Source: Thalia democratica (taxonomy: Eukaryota). From it: a DNA stretch of 64,000 bases. The notes under the pieces were generated by a model, which made no database searches, was not told where the DNA came from, and saw only the letters and a list, made by a program, of their open reading frames with translations. Each line of letters starts with the position of its first letter. Position 1 is the first letter of the stretch. The stretch is taken from positions 72,726,001 through 72,790,000 of the forward strand of contig OZ241828.1 in assembly GCA_965202585.1 (NCBI GenBank), given 5' to 3'. A program made the position numbers and the translations under genes. Of the stretch, positions 1-9,988 are shown in pieces.

Positions 1-40
1 CTTCAATTTTGAAATATTCAATGTCAGTAGCACCTGTTGT
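1..40 (-). CDS. TSPEAR: TSPEAR-like exon 11 (partial, truncated by window edge)
   Basis: tatatag|TTGATDIEYFKIE, the start of the next EAR repeat, in phase with exon 10. Confidence 0.85.
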
Positions 41-3000
41 CTATATATAAATGCAATTGTTAACAATTAGCTGTGGCGACAATGTACTAGTCTCATATAT
101 TAACACTAAGCATTTCAAATTTAGTATGGTGTAGTGTTACAAAGTCAATTACTGTGAGTAATACATTGATAATGATCGTTTATCAATATTAAGACTATGA
201 CATTTAAATATTTATTTTTGTTATTGCATTTAAGTTATCTTTTATTTTTTAATAAAGTTGTTTTCTTAATTTCCTTTTCTCTAAGTAAAACTGTTTGTAT
301 TGCTAAGAATTTGCATCAATTGCTGTAAATAGAGACTTTGAAGATAAATGACAAAAATTAAATTTTAAGTATACTTAATAAATACTTAATTTTGTTCTCA
401 AAACCAATAAAACATTCTTATTTTTGTGATGTAACTTTTTTGTTTTAATCAAAATCTAGTATTTTTTGTGAATTTGTTTTCAATTATGATTATAGGAATT
501 TTAGTTATAAGAATTACAGTCATCATTTCAATCTCATGTCTAATTTTCAACTAAATTGTACTTGGCACCAGCTTTAAAAAATACCAAAAAAAGCTGTTGG
601 TAAGATAAAAAAAAAGTTAAACTTAAAAATAGTATTAATACTCATTTACAGTTCGACTCAAACTTTTTTTACATACCGGAATGTACTGTTGCGGAACGAA
701 CATGGAAACGTCCCATCTGTACAAAACACTGTGCAGCTTTGTAGTGAGTCCGTTGAAAGAATTGGCTATGCCCAAGTAATGCTCTCTAGGTGAAAGTTTG
801 AAAAACTCAATGTCGTAAGCTCCGACTGTCTCTATCGGCTTTAAAAATTTATTTTTGTTTTATTACTACTTTGAGTTTTTCTAGTAAATGTTATTGTTTT
901 TGATTAGCGGCTATACTAAGTCAAATTTGCATCGCAATGATATCTTTACCACAATTAGGAAATATAAAATTATACTTGTAACCATCTATTTAACCTTTTT
1001 ATAGATTTAAGTTTCTGCTATAAGCTATTAAGTAACAAATTGGAGTCAGCATTTAGAAAAACGTTTTTTGTGCTAATTACTTTTTTTTTTTTGTTTTACG
1101 TAATAAAAGTTTAGCTATTTGATGCCTTTTTATTTGCTACTAAGAACTTAAATGCTTGAATAAATTTCAGTTTATTTTTTCTTATAATAGTATTTAGGTT
1201 CAAAAGGTGAAAGTCGGTGTTAAAAAAGTTTTGTGTGAACGCAGTTCAAACAAGGTTATGATCTTTTAAGTAAACTAGTTGGATTTTAAAAATTATTTCG
1301 CCTTTTAGTACGATTAGGCTGCTTTTAATCGAATTTGAAACTATTTATTATATGTAAAATTACTCTCTTTAAAAAATATTTTATTTATAAAAATAATTTT
1401 TACAGGGTCACTCTACAGTTTTATATTTTTTGTTCGCAAGCTTTTTTCTTCTATTTTTTATTTTTACCGTAATCTTAAACGTAAATTAACAGCATTGTTT
1501 GAAATAGCTTTTTACCAAACAAATTTGCATACCTGATATTTGATAAAAGCTCTTTCGTCCTCTTCCCAAATGTAAATCCAACTAATTGTTTTGTGATTTC
1601 CATCTGAAGAAAAGAAATTAATGTTTTAAACTGAAAATCAACTTAAAATCGTTTTATTTTACCTTATTTTATTTAGGTCATACTAGAATAACAGTTTTAA
1701 GGCGTTTTTAGCAACTACTAGACAATTTCAAATTGAGATTTTTTATTCTTATTGTTTTATTTTTAGCAAGTATTAGAACATGCATGCTGAGTTTAACTTT
1801 GAAGAGAAATAAATAAACACAAAAACAACGTATTTTGATTATATGCATGTATACATTTTTTAGCTGTTTTAAAACTATGATTTACATTTTATTCTAGTTT
1901 TCATGTTGTATTTTTTTTTTCTTTTGTACTAAGTTTATATACTTTCTAATAACTTTTACAATTCAAAATAAACATCAAGTTTATATTTTTACCTTTCATG
2001 TAGTTAGCAACTGCCAAATAAGTCCGTCCGTCGATTTTAAAACTTTTCAAAGATTTGGCAGAGTACGTTGTGATCAACTGTTGGAGAATAAACTTCCTGT
2101 CGTTTTCTTTCCACCTGAATATTTTGCTCTGTGTTTCCGAGTTGTTGATGCCGCTACCTTGTATTGCTACTGCTAAAAATTTCTGCAAAAAAAAAAGTTT
2201 TTGTAAAGTATAAGTGAGTCATTTTTAATTTAAATTTATTTTAAGTATAAAATTGACAATATTTAATTTTTAAAACTGTACTTCATTATGTTTTAAAGCA
2301 CAAATGTATTTTTATTTAATATGCACTTGGCTATAATTTATCTTTTTGAGTTTTATATACTTTATTGAATTGAGTTTAAAAACAATATTCTAATTGTAAG
2401 CTAGTCGATGAAAGAAAATCTTGAATGTTTGGCTTAGGTTTGCAGAGTTGGTACAAAAAACCTTTGTTATTACAAACGGTAAAAAATATTGGCTTGGTTC
2501 GTACGACTCTTTAAACGAAGTTTTTGTAAGTACATGTTGAAAACTTGGCAAAACTTATGTTTAAACATAAAATGTTTACAGTTTAAACCAACATAGGAAA
2601 ATGTTTTTCTTTTATTTTTGGTAAACTATTTTAAACCAACTCAATAATTCTTAGTTCAACAATACTAACACAGCAAATTGATTGAAAAACTGTAGAAATA
2701 TTTATCCTTTTATTTCGCAGAACAAAAAGCAGCCCCTGTATATTCAATAGCTAAAAACTTTTTGTACTTCACGATTACTAAATTATTCAAGTAGTTCGGT
2801 TAATCATACTAGAGAAACTAACCTCTGAATTGATCGTGAAAAAGTCCCACTGTCTCGCGTTGTCGGTGGTGACGTTTTGATGGACTTCGAACTTGGTTCC
2901 GGTCCACTTGAATAAGGTCGAGTCCATGCTCTTTTCGCGGCCCTGGTTGGCGAACGCCATGAACTTTCCGTGACCGGCAACTTCGAACACTTCAACGTCG

Positions 3001-6000
3001 TGAGACTTGCTGTGCGTGGACAAGTCGAAGTATTCCGATATGTAGTCTAGTTTTTCGTTTGCTAAAAAAAAAATTTGGGAGGTTTATAAGTATTGTTTTT
3101 TTTAATCACAAAACCTTTAAGTTATTTGTTAAAAGTTAAAAAAGTGCTTAACGAGTTTTTAATGAAATTTAAAGTTATTAACGAATACATTTTTAATATT
3201 GCAAAATTAAATTCTTTGCATTGTTTTTTATAGCTTAAATCTACTAAAATATTTTTATGTTTACTCACTTTGAACTTTAACTTTTTCTTCTGAACTATGG
3301 CAGTGATCAAACTCGTTTTGATCTTTATCATCAAAATAATCAAAGTTATTTTTATCTGTGTTACAAGATAACGGTGCTTCATTTTGTATACCAGTACTTA
3401 GTTTGTCCTTCCCATACATACTTTTACCTAAAAAGTTATATAAATTACTATATTTTAATGCATTTATTAGTATTATAAACTAGCTAAGCATGGTACTAAA
3501 ACTTTTTTAATGTTTATCAATGATTGTTTTTTGTTAAAAATCAGCTATAGTTTAATTTAAGTAACATTTGGTATATATTTCACCTTTGGTAAGAATCATA
3601 CAGTTTTGAGCTGTTTAAAAAATCTTAAACTTGTTACGATACATAATATTTTATTGTATACAAATTCGGACAAAAAGTGAATGCCATAGTACGTTTTGTT
3701 GCTATAGCAATGTAATCACAATAGGTTCCGTTATTTTAACAACTTGTTATTACCATAGTAACATCGTTATTTTACGTTTGATTATGAGAAATGGAAAAGT
3801 GTTCAAGCAAATTTGTAAAACTCATAAATGTATAAACTTATATATCAACCTTGATAAAAAGGGCTTACAAATCAGAACAAAGAATTTTCACGGTCCAATA
3901 AACAACCGAGTTTGTTTGTGGCCAAAACATCGATCTTCGTTTTCATGTCAACAACGCTCAATGTTACGCGCCGCCGTAATCATCAATTATGACGTAATAA
4001 TCACTTCGGAAACGCAGCGGCGTGTAAAAGTTGATTCGGCGATTATTCGGAGCAACTACCGGTTAATTGAGGTGTTTATTTGGTTGATAAGCGTCTTAAA
4101 ACCTTAATGATTTTGTGTTGATTCTGAAAGATAGCTGATGGGCATCTTAATTTACTTTGTTAACCTCGAAGTAATTTTGTATTTCTTCAAAAATAAAGAT
4201 GTTACAACTTGTATTTCTAACAGATTACTTTTAACATTACTTATTTTAGGAAAGTAAATTGTAAAAAGTAAAGAAACATATGTCTAAAAAATTATCACAA
4301 CAAAAAGTTTAAGTAAAAATTTTATGTAAAAATTTGTTTTAATTTTAATTTAATTGTTTAAATGTTATTTTCTATGACTTTTACATATCTTTTTAGAATT
4401 ATTTAAGCAATGACGAGGTCTTTGACCGAAACTTAGTTTGTAAAACAAATTCTTGAAAGAATAAAATCATAAAAAATTTAACAAAGGTAAAAGAAACACA
4501 AAACAGTTTATTACAGCTAAACTTATCATCAATTCAGTCTTTGAACACATATTTGCCTTTAAAAGAAGGTCTAAAAAGTCTATTTCTTAAGAATCCTCTA
4601 GCTAAAAGTCGTTTTTAATAGATGCTAAAACTATATAATAATGCTGTTTTTTATTTAGTTACCTGGTTTGTTGAAAACGTATCTGTACAAGTTTGTGAAC
4701 AATGAACTTTTCGAGCATCTGTTGAAACTTTCGTCAGCACCTGGTACCATGTATAGTTCGCTCAGTACTCCCTAAAATATAAATTAAAACTCGATAAAAG
4801 TAAGAACAAAACACCTTTTTTTTTAAATTTATTGTTGAGCAATACATGTTATGTTTTTATCTTGTTCAACTATCATGACTTTTCATTTTATGATTTTTAA
4901 GCTTATGTTTTTTAGAAGATAAATCACTTAAAAATTTGAGGTGCTTACTACAAGTAAAAAAAATATAATGTTTGGCAGTTTATGACAAAAAGAAATAGAT
5001 TAGTTATATACACTTAGTTAACATGAAATTAATATTATATTGATTTAAAAAAAACAAGACGAATTATTATCAAAAAAAAAGTTTGGTTAGTTTTCAATAT
5101 GAATAATAACAAAAACTGACTTTTAATATTTTTCAAATAAACAATTTTTGCCAATAACCTTTGAGTTATAATATAGCTAAATTTTTGATTATATAATAAT
5201 TTTGAAAAAAATATTTTAGTCTACTAATTTTAAAGCTTTTAAAACAACTTATTATCTTAAAGATGTATGTATTATTAAATTATAAGCAAATAAATAGTGT
5301 TGAATCGTTTTTTAAGAGCTTAATTAAATGTAAATAGTTCAGATGTACGCCAATTTTAGTAAATTATTTTAGAAACAAGTATTAAGTTGGAGTTGTTCTT
5401 AAAAGTAAGTTTTATTAGGCGTGCTAGTATGTTATTAAAACATAAGCTAAGCTTCTTCGTGTTTTATAAACATTAAACTTACAAATAACACTATTAACGG
5501 TAAAAGGTCTAGTTAATTACTGATAACCTTACAAAAAAGAATTATGTTTATCTTCTAGTGAGAATGTTTACATGTTTATTTTCTTATATTAGTAAAGCTC
5601 TAATATAATTACAAACTTTAAATTAAATTATGTACAGGTTTGATTTTTTTGGTTTTATTCTTTACGTGCTTTCTAAAAAATCTGTAAAACTTCATTAAGG
5701 CAGTTTATAACTTAATATGTTTTGGTAAAATAAGGTTTTTTAGTTTGGTTTTGTAAATTTAAAATTTGTACTACAAGCAAAAGATTTAACTAAATTTATT
5801 TCTTTGTTACAAGTATAGTATTTTGAGTTTTTGATAATATCTTGAACCAAAATAGGTTTTGCTACAAAACTTCGATTGAAATTAACTTTTTCACAAACTA
5901 ACAAAAATAATAATGAATTATAAATATGTACTTTAAGAAGCTTCGTCATGAAAAAAAAAGTTGACATTTAAAATAAAGTAATTGTTTGTAAATAAACTAG

Positions 6001-9000
6001 CTTCACACCCAGTGTAATATAACTCAATTGGTTTATTTGAAGTAGCTTATGAAAAAAATTACTTCAGTATACTTTAAATTTTAACGACATAACAAATTAT
6101 TCTAGTACTTCAAAGGCTAACAGACAAAAATTATTTTGCTAGAATGTGAGTACAAACTTTAAGTAATGCAACGCTACGTTTAAGCAACAGCTTAACTTAT
6201 CTCTTAGTTAGAAATATTTTTTACAAAAGTTACAAAACATAAAGATAATTAGATAGAAGTTCATTGTTAAATATTTTATGATACTTATAGCAGTTTACAT
6301 AATTTAGAACACTTTTGATTATTAAAATAAAAAATTAATACATCAATCAAAAGTCTTGATGTCGGAAATTTTATTGTTTTTCTAAAATATAAATTGTTTG
6401 TCACATTGCGAATAAAACTACACTATAGTATAAATTAAAACAAATCTTAAATATTTTGTATTTGTTAACGTTTACTCACGGTGAATCGTTTATTTCTGCT
6501 TCTTTTACTTGCTACATGGAACATAGACCTTGGATGAACCAATAAATCCGCAGGGAAACCAGCCTGGCCTTTGTTGCTGAGAAAAAGTTTAAAACTCAAA
6601 CATTTAAGAAAAAATATAAAGTCAATTTCATCAGTAAGTTTGTTTTAAATTTTCAGAACACATTTTATCAAGGTAAGTTACTGTTAACTAGCTTGAACAT
6701 ATAAGTTGATAATACATATAAATTATCTAGTGTATTGAAAAACATTCTGTTACAAAAATATTCTAAATAATAATAATTTGATAACAATTTGAAAATAAAA
6801 AAAATAATAATACAATAAAACCTTTTTACGATCGTCCACTTAATTGAAAATTTACAAAAGCTGTATCAAGTATAAACAAAGTCAGACAGTCAAATAAAAC
6901 TTTGATCAACTGTATTTGAAAGTCGCATAAACAAATATTTAAGGCTTTATAGCGTGTGAATATTCCACAAAGCTATGAGCACTTTGATTGGACTTTATGA
7001 CGTCATAATCGTTAGATGTTTGATTGCGCGGCAAATAAACAACTTGATACTTTTAAGTACATTATGATGGAAGATTTTATTTTTTAAGCTTTGATAAAGA
7101 TCTAGTTTAAACACGTCAATCAAAACTAATGTAAAAAATCTCACAGACTGTTGCTACTTTAAAAGTTCAAATTGCTACAACTTGGGTGATCTTAAAAAGT
7201 TTTAATGTTTTCTTCAGTAAATTTGAAATATTTTGTATAGTTTATTGTAATTTTAAAAAACAATAGAAAATAGTTGTTAGTTTGTAGAGAACTAAAGCAT
7301 ATCTCATAGGTAACCATACAAAAAGCAATAACAGCTTCTTTTTTTTTTAAACATTTTGTTTTCATATTAACGCTTTATATCTAACGAAATTAACTGTAAT
7401 ACGTTGTTTTGACAATGAACTTTGTATTATAAGACATATAGGAAGTAATTAAAACTTCTATAATCTTAATATTTTTTTTGCAATAGCTTTAACATTGCAA
7501 AAAAAAGTACTCGTTTACTTGATACTTACACGACAATGGTGAAAGAGCATACATAAAAACTATTTGAGATTAAATGAATGATCGAAAAGTTTTCAAAAAA
7601 AAAACATTAAACGACTTTTAATCTGTAAGTCTTTTGATTGTTTTTACCTAAAAAAGATTTATGTAGAAAAACAATATTTATTCTATCTAATGGTTTCTTT
7701 TTTTATCATACTTTCCTGCTAGTTTTAATTGTTTACAAGGTCAAAATAGTAACATACAACTTAATTTAATAAGTTTCTGTCCAACTTGTCTGTCAATTCA
7801 CAATGTTTGACCACTTTGACACACGTGGTACACTATTTTATTTTAAGAAGCATTAACTACTATTAGTCTTATATTCAAACCATGAAATTCGTAATAATCA
7901 AAAACGTTCAGCCTCGTCTAAAACAACATATATATTCAATTTGTACTTCAATACGCTGACCTCTAGTTATTCTAATCAAACAACAAAGTTCACAATGCAA
8001 ACAAACTTTTTCAAAGAATTGTCCACGGCAGTGTACTGAAGGCAATCAAGCGTGAAGCTGACGTAGTTTCCGGCGACGACGATTATGACGGTGTGCCAAT
8101 TTCCGTCGACGACCGATGACGTCACTCTCGATTTTTTGTCGGTTTTGAACGAGTAAGACTTGGTCACCCTCGCGTTTGTGGAATTTTTTCTTTTGTGCTT
8201 TGTGACGAAGTCGAAGTGGAAGTTCGAGCGTTGAACCCTGACTCCCATGAGGATGGATTTCCTGTCCTGATACAAAACATATTTATTACTAATAATTTGT
8301 AATTTAAACTAATCCAAAGGAAATTTGAAGTTTCCTAACTTGAGTTTTATATAGGCTGAGACTTCAGTCTATACTTTTAATCCTTTATTTAACATTTGGT
8401 TACGAAAAAAAAATTCAATTGTATTCAGTAGTTATTTAAACTAAATTTAAGTATCAAAGGCTTACGTTATAGTGTGCAATATTGAAGTTAACAACATCTT
8501 TTATAGGATATACTTACTGGTGCTAGTAGAGTGAGCAAATATTCGTTTTGGTTTCTGATGCTTTCCTTGTAAAACGTAAACACAAGTGAAAATTCTGATG
8601 GAAAAAAATTACACTTCTTCATTATTTTGCTCGCATCTGTGCTTAATAGTCGCGCTTTAGGGTCAAACCTATGAAAAAAAAATAAAACAGTTTCGATAGT
8701 TAAGTTCATTATGTATTTAAATCTTTGTTTATACATTTTGTTTAATACGTCAACTTAGTTGTCTTTTTTTTCTAATTTTTGTTCATGCAGCTAAGCTTAT
8801 GAACATTTTAATAAAATATATCAACAATAAAAAAAGGTTTTAGCTAAATATTCATTCTAAAATAAAATGTAATGTTTTCCCATATATTTATAATGATAAT
8901 AGAAAAGTGAGAATAAACAATTTCATACCTGTAGCCTCTTACATTTTTGACGTTCACAACTTCGACTCCAATAGGTCTTTTTATTGAGCTGCTTATTGAA

Positions 9001-9988
9001 TTTGCAAGTATATCAATAGGTTCTGTATCTAAAATAAACAATAAAAGGAATATACGTAAATTTTGAGATATCCGATGTTTGAAACAAATTAAACTCTAAC
9101 TTACAAAGAATTAATCATGTTATATTTTAATTATTATTTAACACCTTTCAGGCTAGGCTCTAATCTTCAAGCATTATTTTAATTAAATTACAATTACTAC
9201 CACCTACTATTATCATCAGATTTCAATCTCACCAAAACAGCATAATATGTTTTTAATCGTAAGAAAATCGATTAACAAAAGAAAACGAAGAAGTATACAA
9301 TGTTTTAAACTAATACAAATGCACTTAATTACTTAATGCAAAAAGTAGTACGATTAACAAGTTATAATTGAATTATAGTTCGTTTGTTGGTATAATATTG
9401 GCATCAAGTCATTGATTTTTAAACAGCACATATATTAAACATTCATATATGTAAGATTAGTAATATAAATTTTATAAACAAATAGCTACTTAAAATGAAA
9501 ATTTTTTATTGAAGTAACTATTGCTTTTGTTTTTAAAGAGTTTTAAGCAAAAACAAAACACTTAGCTTATTAATTCAACTTGTATTTTAAAGTTACAACT
9601 TACAATTGATTTAACCTCTTAAGTTCTGAAGTACTCAATAAAAAGTATGATTGAATTAATTTAAAAATTTTATAGCAAACATAGGAAATTGTAAAAAAGG
9701 TTTGATTAACTCAATAAATTAAAAGTTCCTTTTTAAATGTACTTCCTTTATTGTATGTCAGTTGAAAAAATTTCTTATAAAACAACTTTTAAAACTTTCA
9801 TAATATATTTTGTTTTATCTGAAAACAGTTTTATCTTTAGTTATTCATTTACCTGTGCACAATCTGGAAACTGGTTTTCCGTTTATAGAGTTTAAGAGTA
9901 TGTAGATCAGAACGAAATAACTTTTAATTGAAATATTTGATTGTAAAACGTAGATGTAAGGCCTTGATATTGTTGTAGCTGTATTCAT
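1..9988 (-). CDS. TSPEAR: TSPEAR-like (thrombospondin-type laminin G domain and EAR repeat protein); multi-exon, 3' end runs off the left edge. Exons: 9853-9988, 8929-9028, 8518-8668, 8007-8266, 6480-6576, 4663-4771, 2823-3061, 1993-2182, 1533-1603, 677-838, <1-40
   Basis: All 11 exons have GT/AG boundaries and chain in compatible phases into one frame (1555 nt in window). The translation gives a signal-like N-terminus, CTD..PIDILA, C..FP.EFS.V.T....NEYLLT, DG.WHT, FP..L..H...F.VAS.R....F.G.L..L...PG.D (TSPN/LamG features as in vertebrate TSPEAR), then repeated T.GA.D.E.F......FLAVAN.....S.IY.W EAR/EPTP repeats. Confidence 0.93.
677..838 (-). CDS. TSPEAR: TSPEAR-like exon 10 (EAR repeat)
   Basis: atttttaaag|PIETVGAYDIEFFKLSPREHYLGIANSFNGLTTKLHSVLYRWDVSMFVPQQYIP |GTATGT. 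Confidence 0.93.
1533..1603 (-). CDS. TSPEAR: TSPEAR-like exon 9 (EAR repeat)
   Basis: tttcttttcttcag|AT GNHKTISWIYIWEEDERAFIKYQ |GTATGC. Confidence 0.9.
1993..2182 (-). CDS. TSPEAR: TSPEAR-like exon 8 (EAR repeats)
   Basis: ttttgcag|KFLAVAIQGSG...SKIFRW...TTYSAKSLKSFKIDGRTYLAVANYMK G|GTAAAA. Confidence 0.92.
2823..3061 (-). CDS. TSPEAR: TSPEAR-like exon 7 (first EAR repeats)
   Basis: tttttttag|CA NEKLDYISEYFDLSTHSKSHDVEVFEVAGHGKFMAFANQG...TLFKWTGTKFEVHQNVTTDNARQWDFFTINSE |GTTAGT. Confidence 0.92.
3690..4080 (-). promoter_or_regulatory. X-box (RFX) cluster plus CRE in TSPEAR intron 6; inverted member of the CRE/X-box cassette family
   Basis: GTTGCTATAGCAAT 3698-3711, ATTACCATAGTAAC 3749-3762, GTTTTCATGTCAAC 3939-3952, TGACGTAA 3990-3997; the reverse complement aligns with 23020-23165. 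Confidence 0.55.
4395..4453 (+). ncRNA. Degenerate minimal type I hammerhead-like motif (Penelope-like element relic)
   Basis: aTGACGA-GGTC(TTT)GACC-GAAAC-ttagttt-GTA followed by AATAAA; the C3 position is A, so probably inactive. Confidence 0.45.
4663..4771 (-). CDS. TSPEAR: TSPEAR-like exon 6
   Basis: atattttag|GVLSELYMVPGADESFNRCSKSSLFTNLYRYVFNKP G|GTAACT; not in the ORF track. Confidence 0.9.
6480..6576 (-). CDS. TSPEAR: TSPEAR-like exon 5
   Basis: tttttctcag|C NKGQAGFPADLLVHPRSMFHVASKRSRNKRFT |GTGAGT; not in the ORF track. Confidence 0.9.
6850..7160. promoter_or_regulatory. CCAAT + palindromic CRE + GCGCG + forkhead-site cassette in TSPEAR intron 4 (inverted paralogues at 23930-24240 and 34200-34420)
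   Basis: ATTGG 6987-6991, TTATGACGTCATAA 6995-7008, GCGCGGCAAATAAACAA about 7026-7042; near-identical reverse complement at 24030-24105. Confidence 0.55.
8007..8266 (-). CDS. TSPEAR: TSPEAR-like exon 4 (TSPN/LamG domain)
   Basis: ttttgtatcag|DRKSILMGVRV...DGNWHTVIIVVAGNYVSFTLDC...SLK AA|GTTTGT; phase 2 fits exon 5. Confidence 0.9.
8518..8668 (-). CDS. TSPEAR: TSPEAR-like exon 3 (TSPN/LamG domain)
   Basis: ttttcatag|G FDPKARLLSTDASKIMKKCNFFPSEFSLVFTFYKESIRNQNEYLLTLLAP |GTAAGT. Confidence 0.92.
8929..9028 (-). CDS. TSPEAR: TSPEAR-like exon 2
   Basis: tttattttag|AT ACA GAA CCT (D-TEPIDILANSISSSIKRPIGVEVVNVKNVRGY-R) AG|GTATGA. Confidence 0.9.
9853..9988 (-). CDS. TSPEAR: TSPEAR-like coding exon 1 (start codon, signal peptide)
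   Basis: MNTATTISRPYIYVLQSNISIKSYFVLIYILLNSINGKPVSRLCT + G|GTAAAT donor; phase 1 joins the next exon to give CTD. Confidence 0.85.

Noticed and set aside
3631-4107. 158-aa plus-strand ORF
   Set aside because: It starts at TTG, has no recognisable protein features, and overlaps the X-box/CRE cassette in a TSPEAR intron; the frame is open because of local GC.
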